DNA of 64,000 nt from Phaeosaccion multiseriatum (Eukaryota; Protista; Ochrophyta, other classes): NCBI GenBank assembly GCA_965112735.1, contig OZ218955.1, positions 1,240,001-1,304,000 on the forward strand, given 5' to 3'. Positions 28,251 through 39,493 of this stretch are shown here, piece after piece. The position numbers were made by a program, and so were the translations under genes. The notes under the pieces are model-generated. The model ran no database searches. It saw nothing but the letters and a program-made list of their open reading frames with translations, and had not been told where the DNA came from. Position 1 is the stretch's first letter; each line of letters opens with the position of its first letter.

Positions 28251-29574
28251 CATGGAACGTCAACTCGAGTTCTTGCTCGACATCGGCCTCGTCCATGAGC
28301 TCTATGGCGTCCGTCTCCGAATCGACTCCATCGTCCGTATTGATGACATCGACCGTTCGCATCTGCTTCTCCGCTCCTGGAGCACCCTCCCCGGTGTTCT
28401 TCCCCCCGTCCTCCTCAAGACTCATCTCCTCCTCCTCCTCCTTCTCGACCCCCTCCACCTTATCCTCCTCCTCCTTCTCCCCCTCCTCACCCCCCTTTCC
28501 CTCCTCCTCTTCCTTCAAGTCGTCCTGCAGCTGCTGCTGCTTAAACCCTCCACCCTCATAGAGGACGTCCGCAGGGGCGGGCTTCCCATCCACTGCCATC
28601 CCCTCGCCGATGTCCTGCCCAACATGGGGAGCCGATGCCGCCCCACCCAAGTGTTCATTTACATGCGAGGGTGAGGGACGAAGAGCGCTGTTGATGCTTT
28701 CCATGGGCACATTGCTATCGATGGAAGCAAGATGGGGAGCTTTGACCTCAGCCGCGTCAGCGCTCGAGCTATGCTGGGAGTCTGGTATAATTGCCGCTGC
28801 CGCGGCTGCTGCGTTTGCTGCGCCTCTCGGGCAGCCTTCATCCTGTTCAGCAGGCACCCCTTCTCTCTCTTCGCCTCCCAGAGGTTCGAAAGGGCCGCCT
28901 CCTCCTGCTTCTTCTTCTCCTCTTTCTCCTCCTTCTCCTCCTCCTCCTCCTCCTCCTCCACTGTCCACAACGCCTTCCTCTCCGTGGGGCGCTTCCCCAT
29001 TCATCCACCCCCTCCCCCCAGCAGCAGCAGCAGCAGCAGCAGCAAGAGCAGGAGGAGGGGCAGCGGAGGTGGTCGCGGTTGTATTCGGAGGGATACTGCT
29101 GCTGCCACCACCGTCGTCGCTCCAATCATCTTCGCCCCAGTCCTCATCCCCCCATCCGCTGCCATCGCCCTTTACAGCCCCGCCGTGCCTCCCTCCCCCG
29201 CTACCCAGCCTTCGAACGCCTGCTCCTGTCCCTGCGCCCTTCTTCTGAGTATTTTTCCCCTTCTGCAGGCCAAGCGATTGCTGCTTGCGCTGCTGTCTCG
29301 ATCTGCTTCCATTGTCCTCTTCTGCAGGTGCAGCAGCAGAAGGAGCAGCACCAGAGGGGAGTTTCAGCTGCTGCAGTTTCTCTCGCTCTCGCTGCTGCTG
29401 CTCTTTCTTCTGGAGCTCCTTATCCTCCTGTTCCTTCTGCTCCTGCCTCGCCTTGAGCGCAGCTTGTCCCTTGGGACTCTTCAAGAACGGGTCGTCATCC
29501 TGGAGCTTGTCGAGGTTAAGCGAGTCCAAGTCCAGGGACAACTTGGAAGCCAAGTCAGAGAACCCCTTGAACAT
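24012..29574 (-). CDS. GRIP-domain golgin (long coiled-coil trans-Golgi tether)
   Basis: Exons ~26536-29574, ~26228-26332 and 24012-~25898. Acidic disordered N-terminus, extensive heptad coiled coil, and C-terminal VNSEYLKNCVCRWM..EQRRLLPVIAEILCLSRVE matching the GRIP consensus with its conserved Tyr. Confidence 0.85.
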
Positions 29575-29772
29575 TGTGCTCCTTCTCCTCACCCGTCTTC
29601 CTCTCTCAGTCTTTCAGCTCCGGGGGCTTTCAATCAGCAGCAGCAGCCTCATTTCTTCTTCATCTTCAGAGGGTTGTGGAACATGCTGTGAAGTGTTGGC
29701 TCGGAAATCGAGATGGCACTTTATTCACATCCCCTATTTTATCCCCCCTCTTGTTGTTTTTACCTTGTCGCC
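29575..29772. promoter_or_regulatory. Putative bidirectional promoter (golgin / Bud32)
   Basis: The divergent ATGs are only 198 bp apart. Confidence 0.55.
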
Positions 29773-30014
29773 ATGACTGTCCGCCTGATAAGTCAGGGCG
29801 CAGAGGCGAGGGTGTTCGAGGTTCCCTTCTGCGGGAGGCGCGCCGTTCTGAAGGAGCGCTTCTCCAAGAAGTACAGGTGTGATACAGGATTTCTCGCCGT
29901 CCCTCTTCCTGTTCTCTCCTCTCTCTGAGATCTCTTGATCTCTCTTTCTCTGTTACTCTCTCTCTCTTGATCCTATTCTCCCACTCTATCTGTATCTTTC
30001 TCCGTTTGTCCTTC

Positions 30015-30062
<48 letters not shown>

Positions 30063-31852
30063 TGTCTCGCAGAGTTCCAGAACTGGACCGCAAACTCACG
30101 ACACGCCGGACCCACCAAGAGGTGCGCTGCTACCTCCGTTGTCGCAAGTCCGGGATAGACACCCCTGTGGTGTACATGGTGGACGGGGCCAAGATATACA
30201 TGGAAAAGGTGGAGGGCGTCACAGTGAAGCACTGGCTGCAGGACAACATGACCAGTTGAGTGCAAATGCATACGGTGGAAGGGAAGGGAATATTTTTTGG
30301 ATTTGAGGGTGGGCGAATGGTCCTTTCTGATCCTTACGACGCAGGTAGGGGGGGGGTGGGTCTGGTGCTGTATCACCAATTGCTGCGGCCACTGCTTCTG
30401 CTCCTTCTCTGCTTGTCGTCCACACGTGATGCCCTCTCGGGCCTCTGCCGCTGCTGCTGGCTGATGGCTCGAGTCCTTGCCCCTCTCTGCTCTGGCCGAC
30501 ACCACGCCCACCCCACTCTGCAGCACGTCCCGAGGAGGCCCTCCTTATCGCCTGCTCCATGGGCCGCAGTGTAGCAAGGATGCACGACGCCCTCATTGGC
30601 CACGGCGATCTGACCACGAGCAACTTTATGGTTCGCGATGGAGGGTCAGCACCGTCCCCAGCACCACCACCAGCAGCACCAGCAGCAGCGGCAGCAGCAG
30701 CAACAACAGCAACAGGAGCGGCAGCGGCAGCAGCAGCAGCAGGAGCAGCAGCAGGAGGAGCAAGAGTGAAAGGAGAAGAAGAGGGAGAGGGAGAGGGTCT
30801 TGGCGATGGCGAAGGCGCTGATTCTACTCCTGCTACTATGGCGGTCTCAGCGCCATCTGTTGTCCTCATCGACTTTGGATTGGGCTTCCGACACCCCATT
30901 CAGGAAGACCGGGTAAGCGGTGCTGCGTTGCTGCCGAGCAGAATGGCTTGGCATTGCTCTTCTTCTCCGGTCGCTTTTGACGCTGTTTTTACTTTAGCGC
31001 CTTGGGAGAGGCAGGGGGGGTTGGCGCACTGTCTCTATATGACGGATGGTTATGCACTGCTCTCCATTAGAAGAAGAGTAAAAAAGACGAGGGCAGCGAG
31101 GGAAACCCTTTTTTTCTCTCTCACAGCGCGATTCCGTCCGTGCCTATCTTTGCGCGTGGGCGATGTGTGGTCTTTCCTTTCCCTTCCTTGGCTTTCATTG
31201 AGCTGTTTCGCATTCTCTGGTCTTTCCTTCCCCCTCCTTCGCTTCCATTGCGCTCTTTCTTCCTCCAATGCATCCAGACTGATCATGCTTTCGCTTGCTC
31301 TTGCCTTGCCTTGTCTCGTCTTTCTCTCTCTCATCCGGCGCCCCCCATACCCGCCCTACTGCCCCATCTACCCCCCAACCGCACACCCAGGCCGTCGACC
31401 TATATGTTCTTGAACGGGCCTTCACGAGTACGCATGCGAACTCAGACCACCTCGTGGCCGAGGTACTGAGGTCGTACCAGGTGTGTGTATGTGTGTATGT
31501 GTGTGAGAGAGAGAGAGATGGAGAGAGGGGGAGAGAAGGGGGGGGGAGAGAGAGAGCGGGAGGGAGGGAGAGAGAGAGAGAGTAGAGAGGAGTTTCGGGG
31601 AGGGAGAAGCCTTTCTTTGCTGATTCGGGGAGCCCATTTGTTACGTTCGGGGCTAGGCTTACTTTACTTTCCCCCTTTCCCAAGAAGCCTCATTGACTTG
31701 TTGCACTCCACCCCATGATTTGTGTCTCTTATCTCCTCCACTCGACCTGTATGCTTCCACCCACTCAGGCGGAGTCTCGCACTGGCGACACCGTGTTGAA
31801 GCACCTCCAGCAGGTCCGGAGCAGAGGCAGAAAGAAGGACATGGTCGGATGA
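29773..31852 (+). CDS. BUD32: KEOPS/EKC complex kinase Bud32 / TP53RK
   Basis: Five exons giving LISQGAEARV..VLKERFSKKYR|VPELDRKLT..EVR, IYMEKVEG, HGDLTTSNFM, LIDFGLG..EDR|AVDLYVLERAFTSTH and the C-terminus VRSRGRKKDMVG*. Confidence 0.95.
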
Positions 31853-32571
31853 GGAGCATGATGATGATGATGATGATGATGATGAGGAGGAGGAGGAGGA
31901 GGAGGAGGAGGAGGAAGAGGAAGAGGAAGAGGAAGAGGAGTGAGAGCGCACCATCCTATCCACCTCGGGCTACTGTGTATGGCCCGGGTGGTACTACGGC
32001 CTCGGTTGTGGGCCGCACGCATACACCACGAACGGTAGCCCAGACAAGGTGCACATTCCGCAGAGAGCCGGGGCGCAGCATCATTTTGGTATGGAGTACC
32101 GAGACTTGTCGCATCAGGGGAGAGAGAGAGAGAGGGTTGACTCCAGATCGGCAGCCCTCGAAGCTTCTCGTTATGTCCTGAGACACGGCATATGACCCTT
32201 GCACCCTCCCGCATCACAGGCGGGGCTGACGGTTGAGAGCAGCTAGGCAAGGGGGTTGTGCGAGGCATGAGGGAAGAGGCCTCTCGCTCCTCATGCACAG
32301 GCACCTGGGGGAGATGCCTTGTGATGGTTCCTTTCATGCACAGCTCGAGAGAGGCGCTCACCAGAGCCACCGGACACACCACAGCTTCGGTTTCAGCTTC
32401 AGTTTCAGTTTCAGTTTCAGTGACACCACACCTGTGCAAAAGACGGGGTGGGGATGCTACTCGTACACCTGCCACAGGGGTATGGGTGGGTAGGCAGGCA
32501 GGCCTACGGGTATATGGGCAGGGGTGCCAAGCCGCAGGGGTTGGGAAAAGACGCTCAAGAGGGAGGAGGGT

Positions 32572-32683
32572 TCGATGATGATGGACTACAAAGGCTTCAG
32601 CGATGGTCGATGATGATGGACAACAAAGGCTTCAGCGATGGTCGATGATGATGGACTACAAAGGCTTCAGCGATGGTCGATGA
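32572..32683. repeat. 35-bp tandem repeat, 3 copies, intergenic
   Basis: Unit tcgatgatgatggactacaaaggcttcagcgatgg. Confidence 0.9.
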
Positions 32684-33706
32684 CTGCAGGGAGGCAGCGC
32701 CCCGATTCTTCCCCCCCCCCCGTTGTTTGAAGAATTGTGTTGCGCCCTTGGCTTTCCCAAAGTGAAGATCCAGTTGAGGAAGCGCTTCCGTAAAAGGCCC
32801 CACGCGGTCTAGAGGAAGCAGGAGTACTCCAAAGGAAGGGAAGCATGTCTATGAAGGAAGGAGGAGTACTCCGAAGGAAGTGACATGTCTATATTATTTT
32901 CGTGTGATGTGCTTCTCTCGTCCAAAGAGGAGGGACTGAATACGGAATGTGAGAGCCTTATTCTGTTTTGGCTTTCCTCTCCTCCCTGAGCCCCAACCGA
33001 CCACTGCTCCCTTTTTAAACCCTTCCCTCATCGTTATACTAAAGAAGCAAAGACCAAAACGCCCTCCACACTCGCACCCACCCGCCCGCTCACTCACCCA
33101 CCCACCCACCCACCCCCTCGAGAACCCATCAATCGCCCGACCCTTGTTCTGGTGGTGCTCCGTGCAAGGGATAACAACGGCGCGCTTGCGTGTGTGTGCG
33201 AGTGAGACAAGAAAACAAAGCCGTCACCACGCCAGAGTCTCCTCTGGCGGAAGCAAGGGGCATGAGTGGACAAAACTATGACACAAATAACACAAACAAA
33301 CACAACACAAAGAAACGCGCAGCGTAGACTGAGGTACAAACCGTTTCGACCCCAAGCCCCCCCCCCCCCCGAACTGCTCAAGAACAGTTCGAGGCAGGCA
33401 CCAACAGTATACAAGAGGGGCGAGTGGGGGGAAATCAAGACACCACGAATGATGAAGAAATGAACTAGCTAATACCGCCATGCTCGTGCGAGCCACCGTT
33501 GACCGATCGAGTGTGCATGTGGAGCCGATATGCTCTAGACAAGAGACAAGAGACAAGAGTGTCAGGTGTCAGTCACCCCACTGAGGATGGTGGACGGCAC
33601 AGGCAGGCACGGCTCCCCGCGCCCCTGGCTGCTAGGTCAAGTCACGCGTTGGCTTGGAAACATTGACACGCATCGATGGGAACCTCGTCGTTCTCCCCGT
33701 CATCCT

Positions 33707-36700
33707 TCAGGGTGAGCTGCTGTCCAAGCCGTCGGGTGCGGCGGTGTATAAGCCACCAAAGCCGTCTGGCGAGGCGGTGGGAGAAGCGGTGGCAAACCCC
33801 GCTGGCGAGGGCGTCATGGCTCCGCAGCCGACGTTGATTGACATCATAACGTCGGCTCCGTCGTCGTGCTCCTCGTAGAACATTTCCATGCTGGAGTGGA
33901 TGCCCCCGTCGGCCGAAGCGTAGGTGTGAGACGAGTACACGGACTCGTCATCGTCCACTCCGAAGCCGATTCGAAGCATGGTGTAGTCCTGCGTGTATTT
34001 GTGGGTGCGTGTGTACGTGAGCGTGTATGTGTCGTGGGTATGTGTCGTGGGTATGTGTGTGCGTGTGTGCGTGTGTGTGCGGTTGTGCGTGTGTGCGTGC
34101 GTGCGTGGATGCGCTCGTAAGAGGGAAATTGGCACACGTTCACCCACTCAGGGTGTGACTGACTCCCTGACTGCCCGGCTTGCCTGGACTGACTGATTGA
34201 CTGACTCACTCACCCCAGTGGCCACGGATCCATCTTCATTGGTACTGATGTACCACTTGATGACATGCTCACCGGATCCGCCTTCAATGAATCTGAAGGA
34301 CAGACACAGAGAAGACCAACGAGAAGTCGAATTTAGAGACGCTCTCATCAGAGGGGTCGGAGAAGAGACAATGAGGGTAAGAGCGCATGCCTGTCTTCTT
34401 TACAGGGTGAACTCACAATTTCCCTCCCTCCCTCCCTCCCTCCCTCCCTCCCTCCCTCCCTCCCTCCCTCCCTCCCTCCCTCCCTCCCTCCCTCCCTCCC
34501 TCCCTCCCTCCCTCCCTCCCTCCCTCCCTCCCTCCCTCCCTCCCTCCCTCCCTCCCTCCCTCCCTCCCTCCCTCCCTCCCTCTTTCCCTCCCTCCCTCTT
34601 TCCCTCCCTCCCTCCCTCCCTCCCTCCCTCCCTCCCTCCCTCCCTCCCTCCCTCCCTCCCTCCCTCCCTCCCTCCCTCCCTCCCTCCCTCCCTCCCTCCC
34701 TCCCTCCCTCCCTCCCTCCCTCCCTCCCTCCCTCCCTCCCTCCCTCCCTCCCTCCCTCCCTCCCTCCCTCCCTCCCTCCCTCCCTCCCTCCCTCCCTCCC
34801 TCCCTCCCTCCCTCCCTCCCTCCCTCCCTCCCTCCCTCCCTCCCTCCCTCCCTCCCTCCCTCCCTCCCTCCCTCCCTCCCTCCCTCCCTCCCTCCCTCCC
34901 TCCCTCCCTCCCTCCCTCCCTCACTCCCTCTCACTCACCCAAAATCAGCATCGAAGCTACCCCCGGGGGTGAGGCTTTCACTGCTGCTGCTGCTGCTGCT
35001 GTCATCATCGTCATCGCTGCTGCTGCTGGTGCTGCTGCTGCAATCGTCATCTCCAAAATAGCCGCCCGAGATACACGCTTTGATCTCGTACACGATGCAG
35101 TCTTCGGTGTCTTCCATGCCCACGGTGAGGTTCCAGTGCGCTCCTGTGGGGCGTGCGGGTGGTGTGTGGGTGGGTGCGTGCGTGCGTGCGTGCGTGCGTG
35201 CGGGTGCGTGCGTGCCCATAGTAGGTAAAGGTATGGAAAGGGCACCCCCGGGGGGGAGATGGTTGGGAAGCGAAACGCGCGTGCCTCTCTGCACACCCTC
35301 CTCGGCAGCGCAATGCAAAGCACAGGGCCGCTTCAGCTATCCTCAGTAGGGGTATTTTCCAACCTACCTATTTCGCTCATGGATCCCTCGTAGTTGGTAG
35401 TCCAAGAAACGGGCGCTGCCGTGCTGTACCCACCCCATGTGGTGGAGTATCCAGCTGGCGACGGCGTATTGTCGTCGCAGTCCACGTATTCGAATGTATC
35501 GGAGGATGAGCTCGTGGTAAACTCTACTTCGTAGTCGCTGCCATCAGTTTCCACCGTTGTTGCATCGGGCAGAGTGAAGGACAGGCCGGTGGTGCCATCG
35601 CTGTCCTGCAGCCCGGCCGTGTAGGACTGGTCCAAGGGAAAGTCGTCAAGACCGAAGTAGCGGATTCGGATATTTGTGATTTCGGTGTCAAAGCCCATGG
35701 TAAACTCCACTTCGAAGTTGGTTGTCTTGTAGTTGTCGCCATCAGTGGGGATCCAGTAGGCAATGTCTGTAGTGACGTGTGACAAGAAGCGGGAGCGAGA
35801 GGAGAGTGGTGAGAAGAGTTGATGTGTGAACACAACAGGTAAGAGGAGAGTGGTGAGAAGAATTGATGTGAACACAACATGTAAGAGGAGAGTGGTGAGT
35901 AGAGTTGATGTGTGAACACAACAGGTAAGAGGAGAGTGGTGAGTAGAGTTGATGTGTGAACACAACAGGTAAGAGGAGAGTGGCGAGAAGAGTTGATGTG
36001 TGAACACAACATGTAAGAGAAGAGTGGTGAGTAGAGTTGATGTGTGAACACAACAGGTAAGAGGAGAGTGGTGAGTAGAGTTGATGTGTGAACACAACAG
36101 GTAAGAGGAGAGTGGTGAGTAGAGTTGATGTGTGAACACAACAGGTAAGAGGAGAGTGGTGAGAAGAGGTGATGTGTGAACACAACAGGTAAGAGGAGAG
36201 TGGTGAGTAGAGTTGATGTGTGAACACAACAGGTAAGAGGAGAGTGGTGAGTAGAGTTGATGTGTGAACACAACAGGTAAGAGGAGAGTGGTGAGTAGAG
36301 TTGATGTGTGAACACAACAGGTAAGAGGAGAGTGGTGAGTAGAGTTGATGTGTGAACACAACAGGTAAGAGGAGAGTGGTGAGAAGAGTTGATGTGTGAA
36401 CACAACAGGTAAGAGGAGAGTGGTGAGAAGAGTTGATGTGTGAACACAACAGGTAAGAGGAGAGTGGTGAGTAGAGTTGATGTGTGAACACAACAGGTAA
36501 GAAGAGAGTGGTGAGTAGAGTTGATGTGTGAACACAACATGTAAGAGGAGAGTGGTGAGTAGAGTTGATGTGTGAACACAACAGGTAAGAGGAGTGTGGT
36601 GAGTAGAGTTGATGTGTGAACACAACAGGTAAGAGGAGAGTGGTGAGTAGAGTTGATGTGTGAACACAACAGGTAAGAGGAGAGTGGCGAGTAGAGTTGA

Positions 36701-37876
36701 TGTGTGAACACAACAGGTAAGAGGAGAGTGGTGAGTAGAGTTGATGTGTGAACACAACAGGTAAGAGGAGAGTGGTGAGTAGAGTTGATGTGTGAACACA
36801 ACAGGTAAGAGGAGAGTGGTGAGTAGAGTTGATGTGTGAACACAACAGGTAAGAGGAGAGTGGTGAGTAGAGTTGATGTGTGAACACAACAGGTAAGAGG
36901 AGAGTGGTGAGTAGAGTTGATGTGTGAACACAACAGGTAAGAGGAGAGTGGTGAGTAGAGTTGATGTGTGAACACAACAGGTAAGAGAAGAGTGGTGAGT
37001 AGAGTTGATGTGTGAACACAACAGGTAAGAGGAGAGTGGTGACCAGAGTTGATGACATCACTTCAGTTCACCACCATCCCCTCCCTCCAACTCACCCTTC
37101 CACTGGAAAAAGACGCGCGCCGTCAAGCTGCCATCGACATGGTGCCACCCGTAGTTCACTTCTGATCCGTCATTAACAGTCATACTCAAGTCAGACCAGA
37201 AAGGGGCCAGCATAGCCCCCCACTTTACATCGTCTCCTCCTTCGGGTATGGCCTGGGGGTCCCAGTTGCCAGCATCGCAGTCGCTGTCGCAAAAGGCCAT
37301 GTACCCGGTACTACTGATGCACGCTGAGCCTCCCCAGATAGTCTCGAAGAAGGAGAGCTCAACGGGCATCGAATAAACTTGATAAGGGTTGTCTTCGAAG
37401 TTGTACATCATCTTGAAGTAGCTCTCATTCTCCACCAAATCATATTCGGTAAAGAAGGAATCAAAGGTGCCTTGCTTTGTTTGAATTTCGTAGTTGCCCA
37501 CCGAGTCGCCCGACACAAGCTCATCAAGCCGGCGCCCCCCCCTGGCAGCTACCTCCTTCTTCTTGGCCTTGGTGGTCGCGGCTCGAGAGAGGGGCTTGTG
37601 GGAAGGCGCCGTCCTGACCTTGTCATGGCGGATGCTCTTTGCCGCGGCCTTTGCTCTGGCAAATGCCGTCTCGAGTGCCGCTTGTCCACCAATTGCGGAG
37701 TTCGCACCGCCATTAGCAGCAGCGGCGGCAGCGGAGAGAGCAGCAGCAGCATTAAGCGGCTTTCCAGTCAAAGCCTTCCTACCAACGTCCTTGATCCCGC
37801 CATCGACAGCAGCCCATGTCACGGTCGCGGACAGCAGCACAGCCAAAGGCAACAATACGGAGAGGGAGGGCCTCAT
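33707..37876 (-). CDS. Secreted acidic protein with NIDO-like domain, tandem copy A
   Basis: Five exons (37096-37876, ~35369-35766, ~34939-35144, ~34214-34292, 33707-~33988). Signal peptide MRPSLSVLLPLAVLLSATVTWA, Ala/Lys-rich segment ending GGRRL, then MPVELSFFE..CISSTGYMAF..AIP..MLAPFWSDL..VNYG..FFQW..FEV..IRIRY..AGLQ (NIDO-like pattern), a Ser/Asp tract and a TPSP/TASPTASP tail. Confidence 0.75.
34401..34921. repeat. (CCCT)n microsatellite, ~520 bp, intronic
   Basis: Direct inspection. Confidence 0.95.
35798..37056. repeat. 44-bp minisatellite (~28 copies) filling intron 1 of copy A
   Basis: Plus-strand unit gtaagaggagagtggtgagtagagttgatgtgtgaacacaacag. Copies are near-identical with no spacers. 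Confidence 0.97.
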
Positions 37877-38038
37877 ATCACAGCGTGGTGTTGCGGCTCT
37901 ACAGCTACGATACGAGAGATGCGAAACTGCACAAATCAAGGTTCCTCTCCGTGATCTCTCCGTTGAAAATGTAACTGATGTAACTGACAAATCTTCTGCC
38001 CCAAAACTGCAATTTTTTCTTTTCTTTTCTTCTTTTGT

Positions 38039-38162
38039 TCAACCCCTGATACTATCCGCTATCCGCTATCGCCGGCGCCAGCCGGCACGCTATCCACTAT
38101 CGGCCGGCGCCAGCCGGCGCGCTAGCGCTATCGAGAATGTGGGCGATATTGATGGGGGTTGA
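38039..38162. mobile_element. Second, shorter and more diverged copy of the MITE family (124 bp, opposite orientation)
   Basis: Termini TCAACCCCTGA...GGGGGTTGA. Internal GCTATCCGCTATCGCCGGCGCCAGCCGGC and TCGAGAATGTG match the reverse complement of the 10632 element. Flanks TTTTGT (38033-38038) and TTCTGT (38163-38168) form a 6-bp TSD with one mismatch. Confidence 0.8.
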
Positions 38163-38567
38163 TTCTGTGCCACCCCCCCCCTTTACTTCCTTGGTATCCA
38201 ACCTTACAATATGGAAGACCAAGGTGTTTTTAGTCGACACAGAAAGTTGTGTGGGCAAGGGGGGACGAGAAGAGGCCGTTTCACAACAATCGCCTAGCTA
38301 CTTTGACCGAGTATTTTACCTCATCTCAAATAGCCTCTTCTCGTCCCCTCTTCCCTCTTACCCGCCGCACAACTCTCTGCGTCGACGGATGATAATAAGA
38401 AAATATATTATTCACAAGAGCACTCGATGGCACTCTCTCGAGTTGATCGGGCCGACGTCGAAGCCGAAGGGCTCGCTCGTGCCTGCAATGAGTACGATAG
38501 GCACACCACACACCACACGTTGGTGTGGAAACCTTTAGAAGTGTCAGCTCATCGTCGCCGTCGCCCT

Positions 38568-38910
38568 TTATGCTTTCATGCCGAAGGATGAGCTGCTGTC
38601 AAAGCCGCCCGGCGAGGCGGTGGGAGAAGCCGTAGCGAAGCCCGCTGGCGAGGGCGTCATGTCTCCGCAACCGAGGTTGATTGACATCATGGCGAAGGCT
38701 CCGTCGTCGAGCTCCTCGTAGAACATTTCCATGCTGGAGTGGATGCCCCCGTCGGCCGAAGCGTAGGTGTGAGACGAGTACACGGACTCGTCATCATCCA
38801 CTCCGAAGCCGAGTCGAATCATGGTGTAGTCCTGCGTGTATTTGTGGGTGCGTGTGTGCGTGAGTGCGTAAGTGTGTGTGTGTCGTGTGTGTGTGTGCGT
38901 GTGTGTGTGT

Positions 38911-38945
<35 letters not shown>

Positions 38946-39455
38946 CGCAGGCTCGTATGACCGGAACGACATGCAGATGTGACGAAAGGAGCGTGAAGGA
39001 AAGAGTCTTACGAAGCTGCAGGGAAAGAAGTAGTAGACACGCAAACCCGTTTGGGGTAACGGACAGACTGTCTGTCACTGACTGACTGACTGGTTGACAA
39101 ACTGGCTGACTGACTGGCTGCCCATTTCCCTGCACTGCCTGTCTGACTCACCCCAGTAGACTCAGATCCGCCCTTGTTGGTGCTGATGTACCACTTGATG
39201 GTGTTCTCGCCGGATCCGGACTCAACCCATCTGAAACACAAAGAGAAGAGGGACAATCAGAGAGAGAGAGAAGGGAGAAAGCAGAGCATGAGCGATGATG
39301 TTGCGTGACGCATGACCACTCTTCACAGAGTGCTCTCGCCCATTCACTCCTTCCCTCCCTCAATCCCTCCCCCGCTCACCCAAGATCAACGCTGAAGCTC
39401 TCCCCGGGACGAACGGGCTCGTCGCCGCCGCCGTCGCTGCTGCTGCTGTCATCCT

Positions 39456-39493
<38 letters not shown>

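Noticed and set aside
32388-32421. Recurrent (TTTCAG)n runs here and near 13830, 43562 and 62038
   Set aside because: Best explained as one of many simple hexamer microsatellites in this genome.
32581-32593. ATGGACTACAAAG resembles the start of a FLAG tag
   Set aside because: The match stops at MDYK, lies in a natural 35-bp repeat, and has no vector sequence nearby.
31853-33700. Short ORFs between Bud32 and NIDO-like copy A
   Set aside because: Low complexity, no motifs and no consistent splice structure; treated as UTR or intergenic.
35798-37056. CRISPR-like appearance of the 44-bp array (also the 23-bp and 35-bp arrays)
   Set aside because: Units are directly adjacent with no unique spacers, there are no cas genes, and the context is eukaryotic.
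35333-37061. Three 439-562 aa Cys/His/Thr-rich repeat ORFs
   Set aside because: They come from a stop-free 44-bp minisatellite inside a GT-AG intron whose position is conserved in the paralogue, which lacks the array.
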